This document shows, piece by piece, positions 17,069 to 28,100 of a stretch of 43,361 bases of DNA (its first letter is position 1; every line of letters begins with the position of its first letter). The notes under the pieces are model-generated. The model was not told where the DNA came from. It made no database searches and saw only the letters and a program-made list of their open reading frames with translations. Origin of the DNA: a virus (taxonomy: Duplodnaviria > Caudoviricetes); the IMG/VR virus record IMGVR_UViG_3300031519_000054, positions 1 through 43,361 of that record. One strand, 5' to 3'. The position numbers and the translations under genes are program-made.

Positions 17069-18506
17069 TTAGTATATTAACATTTTTATCATGTATCTGT
17101 CTATCATGATCCTGCCAATTACTAAAAATTTGTTCGCCGTGGTTTACTAGTTCTTGCTGTTCACTTAACTCGAAGTAGTCTGTGAATTCTGTGTTGTTGA
17201 TGATAATTCTTCTGTGTTGTGATCCAAACACGTACACTATTACTTCGTCATCTCCCAAAGAAACACCCAGTCTGCTGTCTTCAACCCTGGTCCATGCACC
17301 GTCTTCTTTGACCATGTGCGTTCCTGACACTTGGATGCCATTGTAGTCATACAAGTTGTCTATCAAGAACTTACCTGTTGCGAAAACTTTTCCACCAACA
17401 GAAACCTCATCGCCGATGTCCACTTGCTCAACTGGTTTAAACGTGCCATCCTGCATTGTGATCATCGTGCCTGCTATGAAACAACCACCACCACCAGATC
17501 CACCGCTACCCGAACTCGTGTTACCGTTTGGATTTCCAAATCCTGCCGATGTCTCTGTGAACTCAAGTCCTGAGTTGAATAAAGCCTTCCATGCACCTGA
17601 TACTTTAACGTAACCTGCTGTGACTGTTTTCCATGTACCCGAAATTTTTGTTTGTATACTTTTTATATCTTTCCAGACTCCGCCGACTTTTGTGCTGGCC
17701 TGTACACCCACGTTGAATACAACAACCGCTAATCCGTTTCCGCCTGGTCCTGCACTGCCTCCCGATGCTACCGCCACGCCCGAGTCGTAATATTGCACAC
17801 TACTGATAATCAATGATGTGACTCCCGGTGCTGTACCTGAACCATTGTCTTCTGCTCCACCCGAAGGTGTAGTGTTCGAGCCTGAGAAACCACCACCACC
17901 GCCTTGGTCTCCTGATCCTCCTGATCCGCCCTTGCCGCCATCTTTACCACCGCCTCCGGCACCTCCACCACCACCGTCTCCGGAGTGATCCGCACCGTCC
18001 TCGCCCAGTGTCCCTGGTGATTCTGTTGTTGCTGTATTGGTGTTTATACCTGCCGCACCATTTGAAAATTGTCCTGCACCACCACCACCTGCACCGCCGC
18101 CTGCTGTTGCAACTTCTGTTCCGTTTATGAATAGTGTCGTGGCTCCGCCTGCACCGCCACCTGATCCTGAATATGGTTGTGGTCCAGCATTACCGCCTTC
18201 GCCACCTGAGAAATCTGTCTTGCCTTTACCGTTGGTTCCACCCGGGGCTCCGCCACCTGACGAACCACCTGCTCCACCGCCGCCCACTGCAATTTCGAGA
18301 ACGTCACCAACGTTAGATGTTAATGAATAACTTGTTTTTGAGACGTAATGTCCTGCCGCACCTGTACCTCCCGGTCCACCTGCATCAGATCCACCACCTG
18401 CACCTGCTCCACCCCATAGATACATGTCTACAGACGTTGCACCTGCTGGTATAGTTAATTGGTTAAGTGTTCCTGAGTGTTGGAATTTTTTAATTATTGT
18501 GGGCAT
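17061..18506 (-). CDS. Glycine-rich adhesin-like tail protein with C-terminal Hint domain
   Basis: Polyglycine segments (about aa 30-260), three K(V/I)xGxWK repeats, a Gly/Ser linker, then GCFIAGTMITMQDG (Hint block A, Cys342) and VSGTH (block B). Confidence 0.8.
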   Translation of the reverse strand: MPTIIKKFQHSGTLNQLTIPAGATSVDMYLWGGAGAGGGSDAGGPGGTGAAGHYVSKTSYSLTSNVGDVLEIAVGGGGAGGSSGGGAPGGTNGKGKTDFSGGEGGNAGPQPYSGSGGGAGGATTLFINGTEVATAGGGAGGGGAGQFSNGAAGINTNTATTESPGTLGEDGADHSGDGGGGGAGGGGKDGGKGGSGGSGDQGGGGGFSGSNTTPSGGAEDNGSGTAPGVTSLIISSVQYYDSGVAVASGGSAGPGGNGLAVVVFNVGVQASTKVGGVWKDIKSIQTKISGTWKTVTAGYVKVSGAWKALFNSGLEFTETSAGFGNPNGNTSSGSGGSGGGGCFIAGTMITMQDGTFKPVEQVDIGDEVSVGGKVFATGKFLIDNLYDYNGIQVSGTHMVKEDGAWTRVEDSRLGVSLGDDEVIVYVFGSQHRRIIINNTEFTDYFELSEQQELVNHGEQIFSNWQDHDRQIHDKNVNILNA

Positions 18507-18508
18507 GG

Positions 18509-19909
18509 TTATGCCTCATACTTGAACCAGAGATCACCATTGGCTCCATCACTTGCACTTGGGTCACCTGTTTGAACAAATTTTGCAGAGCCGCCCCATA
18601 GGTTTCCAAATGTTGCCACCTGTCCAATAGTTGGTACAGTTGTTAGTGCAGTGTTTCCTACTGCTATCGCCGAACCTACTGCCGCCAATGTTAATGTGGT
18701 TACTTTCAGATCGCCTGTCGATGAGTCAGTAGTCAATGGTTTAGTACCTTTGTTCGCATCACCGTCATCTGTTAGGTCTGACAATCTCAGTAGTGCTGAA
18801 TACGTTGCGGCTTGTCCTGCCACCCATTGGTTTGCAGATACGTCATAGAACAGTCTAGCATCATCTGAGTCACTAGTCTCAACTATAAGTCCTGCGTCTG
18901 TTTCTGAACCACCTGTATTAACTTTTAGGAAAGTGTCTGTGTATTCAACTATGTTGGAAGAAGTGTAGTTGTATGCACCGCTGACATTAAGGTTACCAGT
19001 GATTGTAAGATCACCTGTCAAGTCGATGCCGCCATCTGCACCTGTAAGTGTCAACGGTGTTTTTGTTACTCCACCATCGTTCACTGTGAATTTTAAATCC
19101 TTGTCCTGTGATGTTTGTGCAATCGTTACGTCATTACTTGTAACCGTCACTGTCAATTCCTGTGCATCACCAACTATGATTCCCGAGTCTGTGTCTACTG
19201 TCAGTGCACCTGTTGTTGTGTCTGCCGCATCTGCTCTCAAGAAGTTACCACCTGCGATTACTGTGCTGGAAGTGTTTGATGTAGATGATACATCTATTTG
19301 TGAGGCCTGCGTGTTTGTTCCCTCAAACACTGCTCCCAGTGTTGAGTTAAGTGTGAATCCTGCTTTGATTGATGCAAAGCCTGACTGTGTCACGCTGGGT
19401 GTAAATGTTTCTTTTGAAAGTATTGCAACTCTTGTGTTACCTGTGTACATCGAAGAAACAACTTTGTTTCCTGCCGAGCTACCTAGTGTTTCAATTTTCC
19501 AACCTGATAAAGTTTGTCCTGCTGTGTAAACTGGTCCAACTAATACGAACGCTGATCCTGTGTAGACGTAAAGTTGATCATCATCTGAATCGTGCCAAAG
19601 GTCTCCTGCTCCTGGACTAGTTGGTTCCGATGCTTGTGATTTTGCTCCTCCTGTTGGTTTGAACACTGATCCATCATACACCTTAAGCTGTGCTGTTGAT
19701 GTGTCAAACCACAACTCACCTTTTAGAGGTGCTGTGGGTGCCGATGTTGAAGCGCCGTTCTCTAATAATTTTACTAGGTTTTCGTTAAGACCCTCACCAA
19801 ACCCTGAAAAGCTCTTTCCAAAAAGCTGTACGGAAGTAGTATTATCTACTGTACCATCTGTTATGGTAGTTACTACTGTTCCATCTGTTTTGTTGATTGT
19901 GTACGCCAT
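18509..19909 (-). CDS. Tail fibre protein (466 aa) without a chaperone domain
   Basis: The true start is probably MAYTINKTDG at 19909, matching its paralogs. Has GELWFD and GDLWHD modules and ends in PSASDGANGDLWFKYEA. Confidence 0.8.
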   Translation of the reverse strand: MAYTINKTDGTVVTTITDGTVDNTTSVQLFGKSFSGFGEGLNENLVKLLENGASTSAPTAPLKGELWFDTSTAQLKVYDGSVFKPTGGAKSQASEPTSPGAGDLWHDSDDDQLYVYTGSAFVLVGPVYTAGQTLSGWKIETLGSSAGNKVVSSMYTGNTRVAILSKETFTPSVTQSGFASIKAGFTLNSTLGAVFEGTNTQASQIDVSSTSNTSSTVIAGGNFLRADAADTTTGALTVDTDSGIIVGDAQELTVTVTSNDVTIAQTSQDKDLKFTVNDGGVTKTPLTLTGADGGIDLTGDLTITGNLNVSGAYNYTSSNIVEYTDTFLKVNTGGSETDAGLIVETSDSDDARLFYDVSANQWVAGQAATYSALLRLSDLTDDGDANKGTKPLTTDSSTGDLKVTTLTLAAVGSAIAVGNTALTTVPTIGQVATFGNLWGGSAKFVQTGDPSASDGANGDLWFKYEA

Positions 19910-19916
19910 TTGCTTG

Positions 19917-19924
19917 TATTTATA
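19917..19924 (-). promoter_or_regulatory. T4-type late promoter TATAAATA
   Basis: Exact T4 late consensus, overlapping the upstream stop and 7 nt before the ATG at 19909. Confidence 0.65.
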
Positions 19925-21428
19925 GTCTTCCAGCCACAATATTAATTGTGCCTATTTCGGTTGAATTGTATTCTTCCAGTGCTTTTCCTATCACTGTACC
20001 CATTGCAGGATTGATTCCTGTCCTAGCAACACCTGGATGTTGTGAGTGTGTAACCAACATGTCTCCTTTGCTGATCTGTCCAACAACCTTACATGGTACT
20101 TTTCCTTGTAGTGCTACTGCCTGTCCTGTTGCTTCGCTATTCATTAGGTATGCTGGATTTCCTGAGATGACGCCAGCCACCCTTGCATCACTGCCCATGC
20201 TTGAAACTGTAATTTCTTTCTCTCCACCAAATATAACAACAGTTCCCACTTCATACTCTGCATCGGATTCGTAGATCTCAGCCAAGTCAGCGTACTGTGC
20301 CGATGTCGCTTTGGCATGGACCGTGTTGTATCCTTTACTTGAAGATCCTAAATCGTATGTGGCATCCGCATCTGGCAATAATGCTTTTGTTGTAAGTGTG
20401 CCGCCTAGCGTTGTTGCACCAAGACTGCTTGTTCCTGATCCTGTTATGTTTCCTGTAACATCACCTGTTACCGCACCTGTCAGTGGACCTGCGAATGTTG
20501 TCGCTGTGATCGTGCCTGCAACCTGTAATTTTGTGCTTGGCGTTGTTGTTCCTATTCCAACACGAGCTACTGATCCATCCATGGTCATCAGAGTGGTTGT
20601 CGTGCCACCATCATTGACTTTGAAAGTTATGTCAGAATCTGCTATCACATTTGAAATAATTGCACCAGAACTATCAACTGTTAAAGTTAAATCACTGTCT
20701 GTACCAACTTTCACACCTCCATCATTGGCAACTGTTATTGTGCCTGATGTTGTGTCGTTGGCATCTGATTTTAAGAAAGTACTTGCCAACGCACCACCTA
20801 ACTTATCAGAGTCCGTTGCCGTACCCTGGAACTTGGTGTCTGCTATTGCTGTCGTAAGTGTGATACCTTTCTTTACTGTTGCGAATCCTGTGATTGATGA
20901 TCTTGGAGTGAAGGTATCTTCTGATATTATTGCGATAAGGTTACCGTCATTGAACCATTTTGTGATGTTCTGTGTTGCATCAGTTGAATCTGCTATCGAG
21001 TCATAGACGAAACCGTTTGTGTTTCCTATTGTGTTTGGTGGACCTACTAACACACTCGAAGCACCGTTGTAATAGAAAAGCTGTCCGTTATCCGAGTCAA
21101 TCCAAAGATCTCCCTGTGTCAAGGCACTCGGAGCAGTTGACTGGTAAGGAACATTGGCTCCTGGTGGTACGAATGTAGAACCTGTGTATATTTTCAATCT
21201 CGACTCTGCTGTGTCATACCAGAGCTGTCCTACGATAGGTTTTGCGGGAGCTGTGGGGTTTGCAAAGTTCTCCATTAACGATAGGAAGTTCTCTGCAATC
21301 AGTTCACCGTAACCAGCATAACCTTTTCCAACAAAACTTAGATCAGTCTGTGTGTTTACAACACCGTCCTGCACCGTGTAAGAATTCGGAGATGCCGCAC
21401 TGTTGGATTTGTTTACTGTGTATGCCAT
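19920..21428 (-). CDS. Tail fibre protein with C-terminal peptidase G2-type intramolecular chaperone
   Basis: MAYTVNK..., GKGYAGYGE, GQLWYD/GDLWID modules, VGIGTTTP fibre repeat, then QYADLAE...VAGVIS.NPAYLMN...VALQGKVPCK. Confidence 0.8.
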   Translation of the reverse strand: MAYTVNKSNSAASPNSYTVQDGVVNTQTDLSFVGKGYAGYGELIAENFLSLMENFANPTAPAKPIVGQLWYDTAESRLKIYTGSTFVPPGANVPYQSTAPSALTQGDLWIDSDNGQLFYYNGASSVLVGPPNTIGNTNGFVYDSIADSTDATQNITKWFNDGNLIAIISEDTFTPRSSITGFATVKKGITLTTAIADTKFQGTATDSDKLGGALASTFLKSDANDTTSGTITVANDGGVKVGTDSDLTLTVDSSGAIISNVIADSDITFKVNDGGTTTTLMTMDGSVARVGIGTTTPSTKLQVAGTITATTFAGPLTGAVTGDVTGNITGSGTSSLGATTLGGTLTTKALLPDADATYDLGSSSKGYNTVHAKATSAQYADLAEIYESDAEYEVGTVVIFGGEKEITVSSMGSDARVAGVISGNPAYLMNSEATGQAVALQGKVPCKVVGQISKGDMLVTHSQHPGVARTGINPAMGTVIGKALEEYNSTEIGTINIVAGRL

Positions 21429-21431
21429 TTA

Positions 21432-22157
21432 TTAGTATCCTGTGTTAGCACCTGACGTTGTTCCGCTCACTGTGTTAGAAGTTGACAGTGCCGTTGAACT
21501 CGTTTCGGTGAATGTTGTTAAACTCTGTATCCTCAAAGTGTAATCAATCTGTATAAGTCTGTTAAGAGATTTCTGTACTGGGTGGAATATAACGTGTGTC
21601 AACAGTTTGTTAGTTGAACCATTCTCTGTTCCTTCCCAACCTTTCAATCCCAGTTCGTCAAACACATACTCACCATTGAAATCTGTTGTGTTATCAAATG
21701 CCGCCTGTCCTGTAGGCTCACCGTAATCTAATGTGCAAGTGCAAACTATGTCAGTGTACTTGTTACCTGCTGTATGTCTCACTTCCATCTTGTTCCTTGT
21801 TGTGTCCTTGTTAGTGGCAGAGTTGTCATCTATCACTTTGTAATATGTTTGATTGTACAATGTGGCATTTGTACCTGTAGAATTTGGTGTTAGGTATGTG
21901 ATTATACCTGTTGGATCAACAGTTGTACCGCCATTACCAAATGACATCTCATGCACAAATCCTGTTGTCTTGTTTGCTAATGAATTAGCCAGAGCCTGTG
22001 ACATGTTTTCGTAGTGGATTGCATTTCTTTTGTCCACCATTACTTCGCCTGATTCTGGATCAAATATCTTGATGTGTCCTTCTATCATAACTCCGCTCTG
22101 ATCCTGGGGTTTTTTGTTTTCTTCTTTTGTTTCTGTTGGTTTGTTATCCTGTGTCAT
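21432..22157 (-). CDS. Baseplate/tail-associated structural protein (241 aa)
   Basis: Lies between the giant wedge-like protein and the fibres. FDELGL...IQIDYTLRI resembles fibre-attachment domains. Ser/Thr-rich C-terminal tail. Confidence 0.6.
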   Translation of the reverse strand: MTQDNKPTETKEENKKPQDQSGVMIEGHIKIFDPESGEVMVDKRNAIHYENMSQALANSLANKTTGFVHEMSFGNGGTTVDPTGIITYLTPNSTGTNATLYNQTYYKVIDDNSATNKDTTRNKMEVRHTAGNKYTDIVCTCTLDYGEPTGQAAFDNTTDFNGEYVFDELGLKGWEGTENGSTNKLLTHVIFHPVQKSLNRLIQIDYTLRIQSLTTFTETSSTALSTSNTVSGTTSGANTGY

Positions 22158-22163
22158 CTAGTG

Positions 22164-22170
22164 TATTTAT
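22164..22170 (-). promoter_or_regulatory. T4-late-like promoter (ATAAATA)
   Basis: Overlaps the stop of the giant gene, 6 nt before the ATG at 22157. Confidence 0.6.
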
Positions 22171-25100
22171 TCAGGTGCGTTTGTTGGCTCATTAGCTATG
22201 AATTTAGCCTGACCAGTAGTAGACGCTTGTAATCCCTTGCCATCCGCTGGATTACCATCTAATGCTGTATACCAAACCTGTCCTTTCTTGTGTAAGATTT
22301 TAACCTGTGTTCCGGTTGCTGGAGCAGTACTTAAAGTGACTGCTGTAGTAGATCCGTCCGCAGAGTAGTTAATAGTTGATCCATCCTCGCTAGTAAGCAA
22401 CAATCGTTGGCCACCAATGAATATGTCTAACTCACTAGCGGATGATGGGGCTTGTGATAGTGCGAAAATTACTGTGCTACCGTCACCTGTGAAGGTATTG
22501 GTGTGTACTGTGTCCGCATAAGGTATAGTTTGAGTTCCGCTGGCATCTACCACTAGTGTGCCATCGCTATGGTCCTTAATTCCTGTTCCAAGTGTTCCAC
22601 GTCTAAGTTGTCCTAACGTGTTTCCGTTCTTGGTAAAATATTCTATTCTTTCCTTGTCAATAAAGACCACACCCGGCATGTTGTTTGATGCATCGGGTTC
22701 TGGTAATGCAGTCCCGTCCTTGACCTGTATTGTGTTTATCGTATCAGTCAGATCGTCGACCAATTCCGTTGTTGCGTTCTTGCTGATACGTTTGTAGAAT
22801 GTTCTGTTCAGCATGTCTTTAAATATTCTGAATCCTGTTGCACTTGCGGCAGATTCTAATGCGAAGTACATCACATCCAATCTGTCCGATGCCGTTATTG
22901 TTTTGCCAACAAATGTGATCGTGTTACCGGTCATTGTGAAATCATAATTCTGTACCTGTTGTACTCCATTCAACCAAACAAAAGTGTATCCTGCATTCAG
23001 CGGATCAAATCTTAATTTGAATATACCTAGTGTTCTGCCTTCCAGCACTTCTCTTCTCAGTTTCATTCCAAGTGCATTGTTGAATGTTGTCACAGACAGT
23101 ACATCATTAGCTGTCAGTGTATGTCCGTCTGATGCCAGCTGTGCTACATCCAATATTATATCTGAACCTTCGTTATAGTACTGGTTGTCAGCTATTGTTG
23201 TTATGGCAATTAAATCTGTACTTGTCGGTGCAGTAACAAAAACGACGTGGTCCGGTGATGATGCCGTGTCCGCTGTTGTTGTAGTCGTGTCTCCTGTCTC
23301 TGACGTTTCATCCGCTGTGTGTATTCCGTTTCCTAGATCAACAGTGTAGTCAGTGTTCGGTGCCTGCTCTACTCCATTTACGTGTACCTGTATCTGTGAT
23401 GCACTGGTGATAGTCTTTGCAGGGTCTATAGTCGAATCATCTCCTAGTTGGAAAGGTACTCCTGCCCTATCCGCAGTTATGTCTCTTGTGTCGGCATTCG
23501 CTAATGATGTATCTGCTGTATCGGGTATACCTCCCACGCCTGACGGCGCATTGAAGTCATATTGAAGAGTCGTTCCGTCTCCTAGATAGTAACTTACATC
23601 TGGACCTCTCAGTACTTTTCCGTTTGCCTCAATAATAGTTAAACCTGATAGTGGACCTATTGCTCCTGGTGGATATGTCAGTGTATATCTTTCAGTTGAT
23701 CCGTCATATGTCACTGCTTCATTCCTGATACTAGCAAAACTTCTCGTGCTTGTTGCAGATTTGTTGAATCCTGCAATCTGCACAAATGCATCAGCCACCG
23801 GTGCCGAATTGAATGTTACTGTGACTGCATTGGCAGTTGTTGTTGTTGTAAATGCTGTTGTTGGCACACCGTCGATAGTGATGTATATGTCAGACACAGT
23901 AGAATCTAAATTGAATTCGCCTCTTGTTGATGTTGTGAACGTAACTGTGCTTCCGTCACCTGTGTACTGATCCAGTACCCTGTAATTCTCTCCACTTATT
24001 GCAAAAACTCTAGATGCAATAACACTGTTCACTGCTGGTGCCGTGTCAAATGTAATAGTTTTGTTAGTAACATTAATAGTGTAATCAGATATTGTAGAAT
24101 CTAGGGCACTACCTTTCTTAATTACGCCGTCCACTGAAACTGTCACAGAACCCAGTGTTCCTGGATAGTCTCCTATGCTGAACGTTAATGTAGTTCCGTC
24201 ACCTCTGTGATTTTTACTAGATATAAACGGTACTCCTGATTCTGGAGATGTGTATACCTTGATGTCTAGTGTATCAAAAAGTTGTCCTGGTACTGTTTCT
24301 TCAGGTGCATAGCTGGTTTCAGGTGATACAAAATCATCACCTTCCAGTAGTATGTCACTTGGTGCTGATCCTATCGCAGAACCAAACAGTCCGCCTTTGA
24401 TTATTGAGTCAAGTGTCCTGTCATCTGTTGGTGTCAGTACACCATCATCATCAAAAGGTATGAACTCTACCAGTGAACCTGCGTCTGGTACGGAAGTTAA
24501 TATGAACACTGTCGTCGAACCGTCACCTCTGATTACTTCATTTCGTTTTTTCCTTGTGCTGTCGTCCGACGTCACATAGACCTGGTAAACATCACTCACA
24601 GCCGGTGCCGGCGTAATAGTGAATGACGCTGTTAGGCCATCAGCACGGAAGGCTTTGATCCTAGATTCGCCATAGTTGTCCCATGGGAAGTCATACCAAC
24701 CTTCTTTGTCCCATCCTTGTTCCTGTGAGAACAGCAATCCTGTGACCATTGTTCCACCGTAATCAACACCTGACATTACCTGTGACAGTTCATTACCTGC
24801 CATTCCTGCAGTTGGTGTGTAGAAACCTTTTGTTCTGTCCGCCGCTGTTAGTCCTGTCTCATCACCGTATACCTTGTATAAGTTGTTTGTGCTATCGTTG
24901 AAGTCTGTTGTTGCAGTGAAGGCACTTGTTGTTTTGTATAATTGGTTTTTGTATCTAATCAGTTGTCCATACACATAGCTCGTGGATGCTGTCCAGTCGA
25001 CCACACTTGATGTGCTTGAAACCCTGTCAAATTTTATTGTTGTATCTATGTCTCTGACAAGATCGTTGTTCAGGTTCGCATAAGCTCTGGCCGTGTCCGA

Positions 25101-28100
25101 TGGTGTTGAACCATCATCCGCACCTCCGGTTAACACCACCATGGGTGTTGAAGTGTAGTTTGCACCAATTCCTGTCACTGTAATTTTTGTTACTGTGCCT
25201 CCCACAACTGTTGCTGTGGCAGTGGCCGCCGTCGTGGCAGGTGTTGTGTACATCTTGAATGCAAACGAAATTGTTGATTGGGCTGTGATGCTCGTGCTTG
25301 GTCCATAGAACGTGCCTGTGTAACCATCGAACGTGTAGCTGTTTGTTGTGCCTGCCCCACCATTCTGTGAATCATATATCTCTGCCTGCTCCTGACTAGT
25401 GAACAATGGATAGAAGTAACCATAACTGCCTGACGTTGATCCACTCGAGCTTGTTGCCAGTATTTGGAATGGTCCTGTTGCTCCTACTGTTCCGCCAACT
25501 ATAGTAACTGTTGGAGTTTTAGTGTAGCCGGAGCCGCCTTTGCTTACAGTAATAGACGAAACATATTTCTTGTGATAGTCATTCCACATCTGCCAAGGAT
25601 ACTCAGTAAGTTTGTCTGTGTCGCTGTTAACATTCAATGCTCTGATCTTTCCTGTTGTCGCATCATAGAATGTTGGACTGTCAAAGTCTGTGAATAAACC
25701 GTCCTGTGTGTCTGTGCCTGTGTGGCCTAATCTGTATTCTCTCAATTTTGTGTGGAAAGGTTTCACTTCATTTATATAACTTTCTATCCAACTGTCTGTG
25801 CCTATCGTGTATGTCTTCCTTTGGTCCAATGCTCTGACCGAATTTTTAGCATTGATGAATGATGTCTTGAACATCCAGTCAACGTAAGTCTGTTCTGCTA
25901 GTACTTTCCTCATTCCTGTGAAGAACAGTGTGTTGTATTCCAAAGCAAGATCATTTATGAATATGTCATCCCTCAGTGCTGTAAGTATTTTCCTTGTTTC
26001 CGTTGCAGGAGATTGATCAAAGAAGTTGTCGTCAAATGTATCCTCACCTGCGAAACCTGTGGCATCCTGTGAGTAGTCATAAAGTTTTGTCGATAGCCGT
26101 ATTGTCCCATTCTCTGTACCAACATTTATGTACCCATCTGCCGTCTTCATGAACAGTTTCCATCCACCTGTGTCCGCACTAGTGACCTTAACGTGTTTTC
26201 CTATGGCAAGATCTAGTGTGTCTAGCTCGTATTCATAAGTCACCTGTTTGTCAATAGGAGTGTTTTCATTGTGTATCATCTCATGAATAGCAGGATCTGT
26301 GCCATACCAGTCTGTGTAATTCCAGTAACCGGATGTGTCGTAAGTCTGTAATTTTGTCCTAGTGAATTCTGTACCATCCCATGTGTATATCGCCCAGTAA
26401 CCATTTGATGTTTCATCTGCCCTGACAAGGTATCTCACAGTTCCGGAGAGATCTCTTGTATCGATGTATGTCAACTCTGCATATGTGTCTATGGTCGTGT
26501 CCCATTCCAGGCTCTGGGCAGTTGGTTCTGGATCTTTAGAATCCAGGTTTGTAAGATTGATTGTCCCAACCAATTGATTTTTCTTCAATACTGTATTAGA
26601 GTAGTCTATGATTTCTTTTAGTGCTGAATACCTGTCCACATACCAACTCTGTCTAGGTCTCACACTGTTTCCGTATCTCTCGTTCACTGGAAGATCGATA
26701 TCAGGAACTAAATCACCTGTGCTGTTCTGTCCTATCAGTGAATCCCACCAACGTGTCTCTATCACTGTTCCTGGTTTCCAATCCTTGTCTCCTTCTTTGG
26801 CCAGTTTCCATACCGAGTGTGCATCACCATCAAACGTGTTGGTCCTGATGTCTATGTTCAATGCTACATCACTGCCTGATAGTGTGCCGACATTGTTCAG
26901 TATCAGTTTGTTAGTGTCCGTCACTGAATAGTAGTTGAAACCTGATCTCCGAGGATTTAATATTAGGTTTGCTACGAATGCCGTAGAGTTCTTTCTTTGA
27001 ACAACACTGCTAGAAGGAATTGTTGATTTGTTCCTAACCCAATAGTAGTAGTAGTTCACCAAGGTGTTTAGTGCAGAACTATATCTCCGTATTACTGTGT
27101 ATTGTGAGTCATCGGGATTTAATGGCGTTCCTGTTATTCCCCTACTTGCGCCATCCTGTGATACTGCATTTAACTGCCATTCACTTGGTAGTAATGTGGA
27201 TTCTGTCCACTCATATATGTCTATGCTAGATCCTGGGAAAATCTTACCCCAGTTGTTCAGTTTGAATTTCTGATCACCTTGCTGATACCATGTCCATTTT
27301 ACTTTTGATAGATCCCACCATACCTCGCCTAAGTGCCTCTCTGCCCACGGTGTTTTGGTGTTGGCATTTTCTCCTGTATTGTAAACTGCTGGATCCCAGG
27401 TTGTCTTGATGTTTATTTCTCTGTCTGCAACACCCAGTATTCTTCCCTGTATTGGATCGTAAAGATCGTAATGGTCTCGAATCTGTTTTGCTCCTTTGCT
27501 GAACTCAAAAACCTGTCCAAGTTTGTCTAGGTCCATCAATGCTGTCTCTGAAGCTATATTCTTCCAGGCGTACTCTCCTGTCACTGTAAGATCAAATACT
27601 GCCACCGTTCCGTCATTTGATATGTCGATATTTCCTTCGTCGTCTGGGGCACCTACAAATACGGTGTTATCAATAACACACAACCCTTTCCCGAAGTCGT
27701 CGTTTTCTGATACGTTATTGGTTACCATCTTGTCATCTATCACAAATTTTGTGTTGTACATTGTGGCCGTGTATGCCGCTCCTGATCCTGTATTCAGATC
27801 ACCAAATGTTGTGTCCTGTAGATCAAAAGTGGTCTCCCCTGCGTCAATTTTCATTTCCCTAGGTGTTGCACCTTGTTCTGCACCTATCATTACCCTCGTG
27901 CCGGTGGTGTTTATATCAACGCTTGTTCCAAACTTTATGTTTGATTGTGCATCCGGTGCCGCTATTGTTTGTTGTAATGTGTATGTGTTTGTAGAACCGT
28001 CTGCATTCCATTTGTAGTAGTAAACTGCTCCACCGTCTATCTGTCCTGTGCTACCGTCATCAACACCAGGTGCACCTACTATCAAAACAGTTCCGTCTTT

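Noticed and set aside
17061-17483. Hint domain as a splicing intein or mobile element
   Set aside because: There is no terminal His-Asn followed by Cys/Ser/Thr, no endonuclease, and no plausible C-extein. It fits a cleavage or ligation Hint domain instead.
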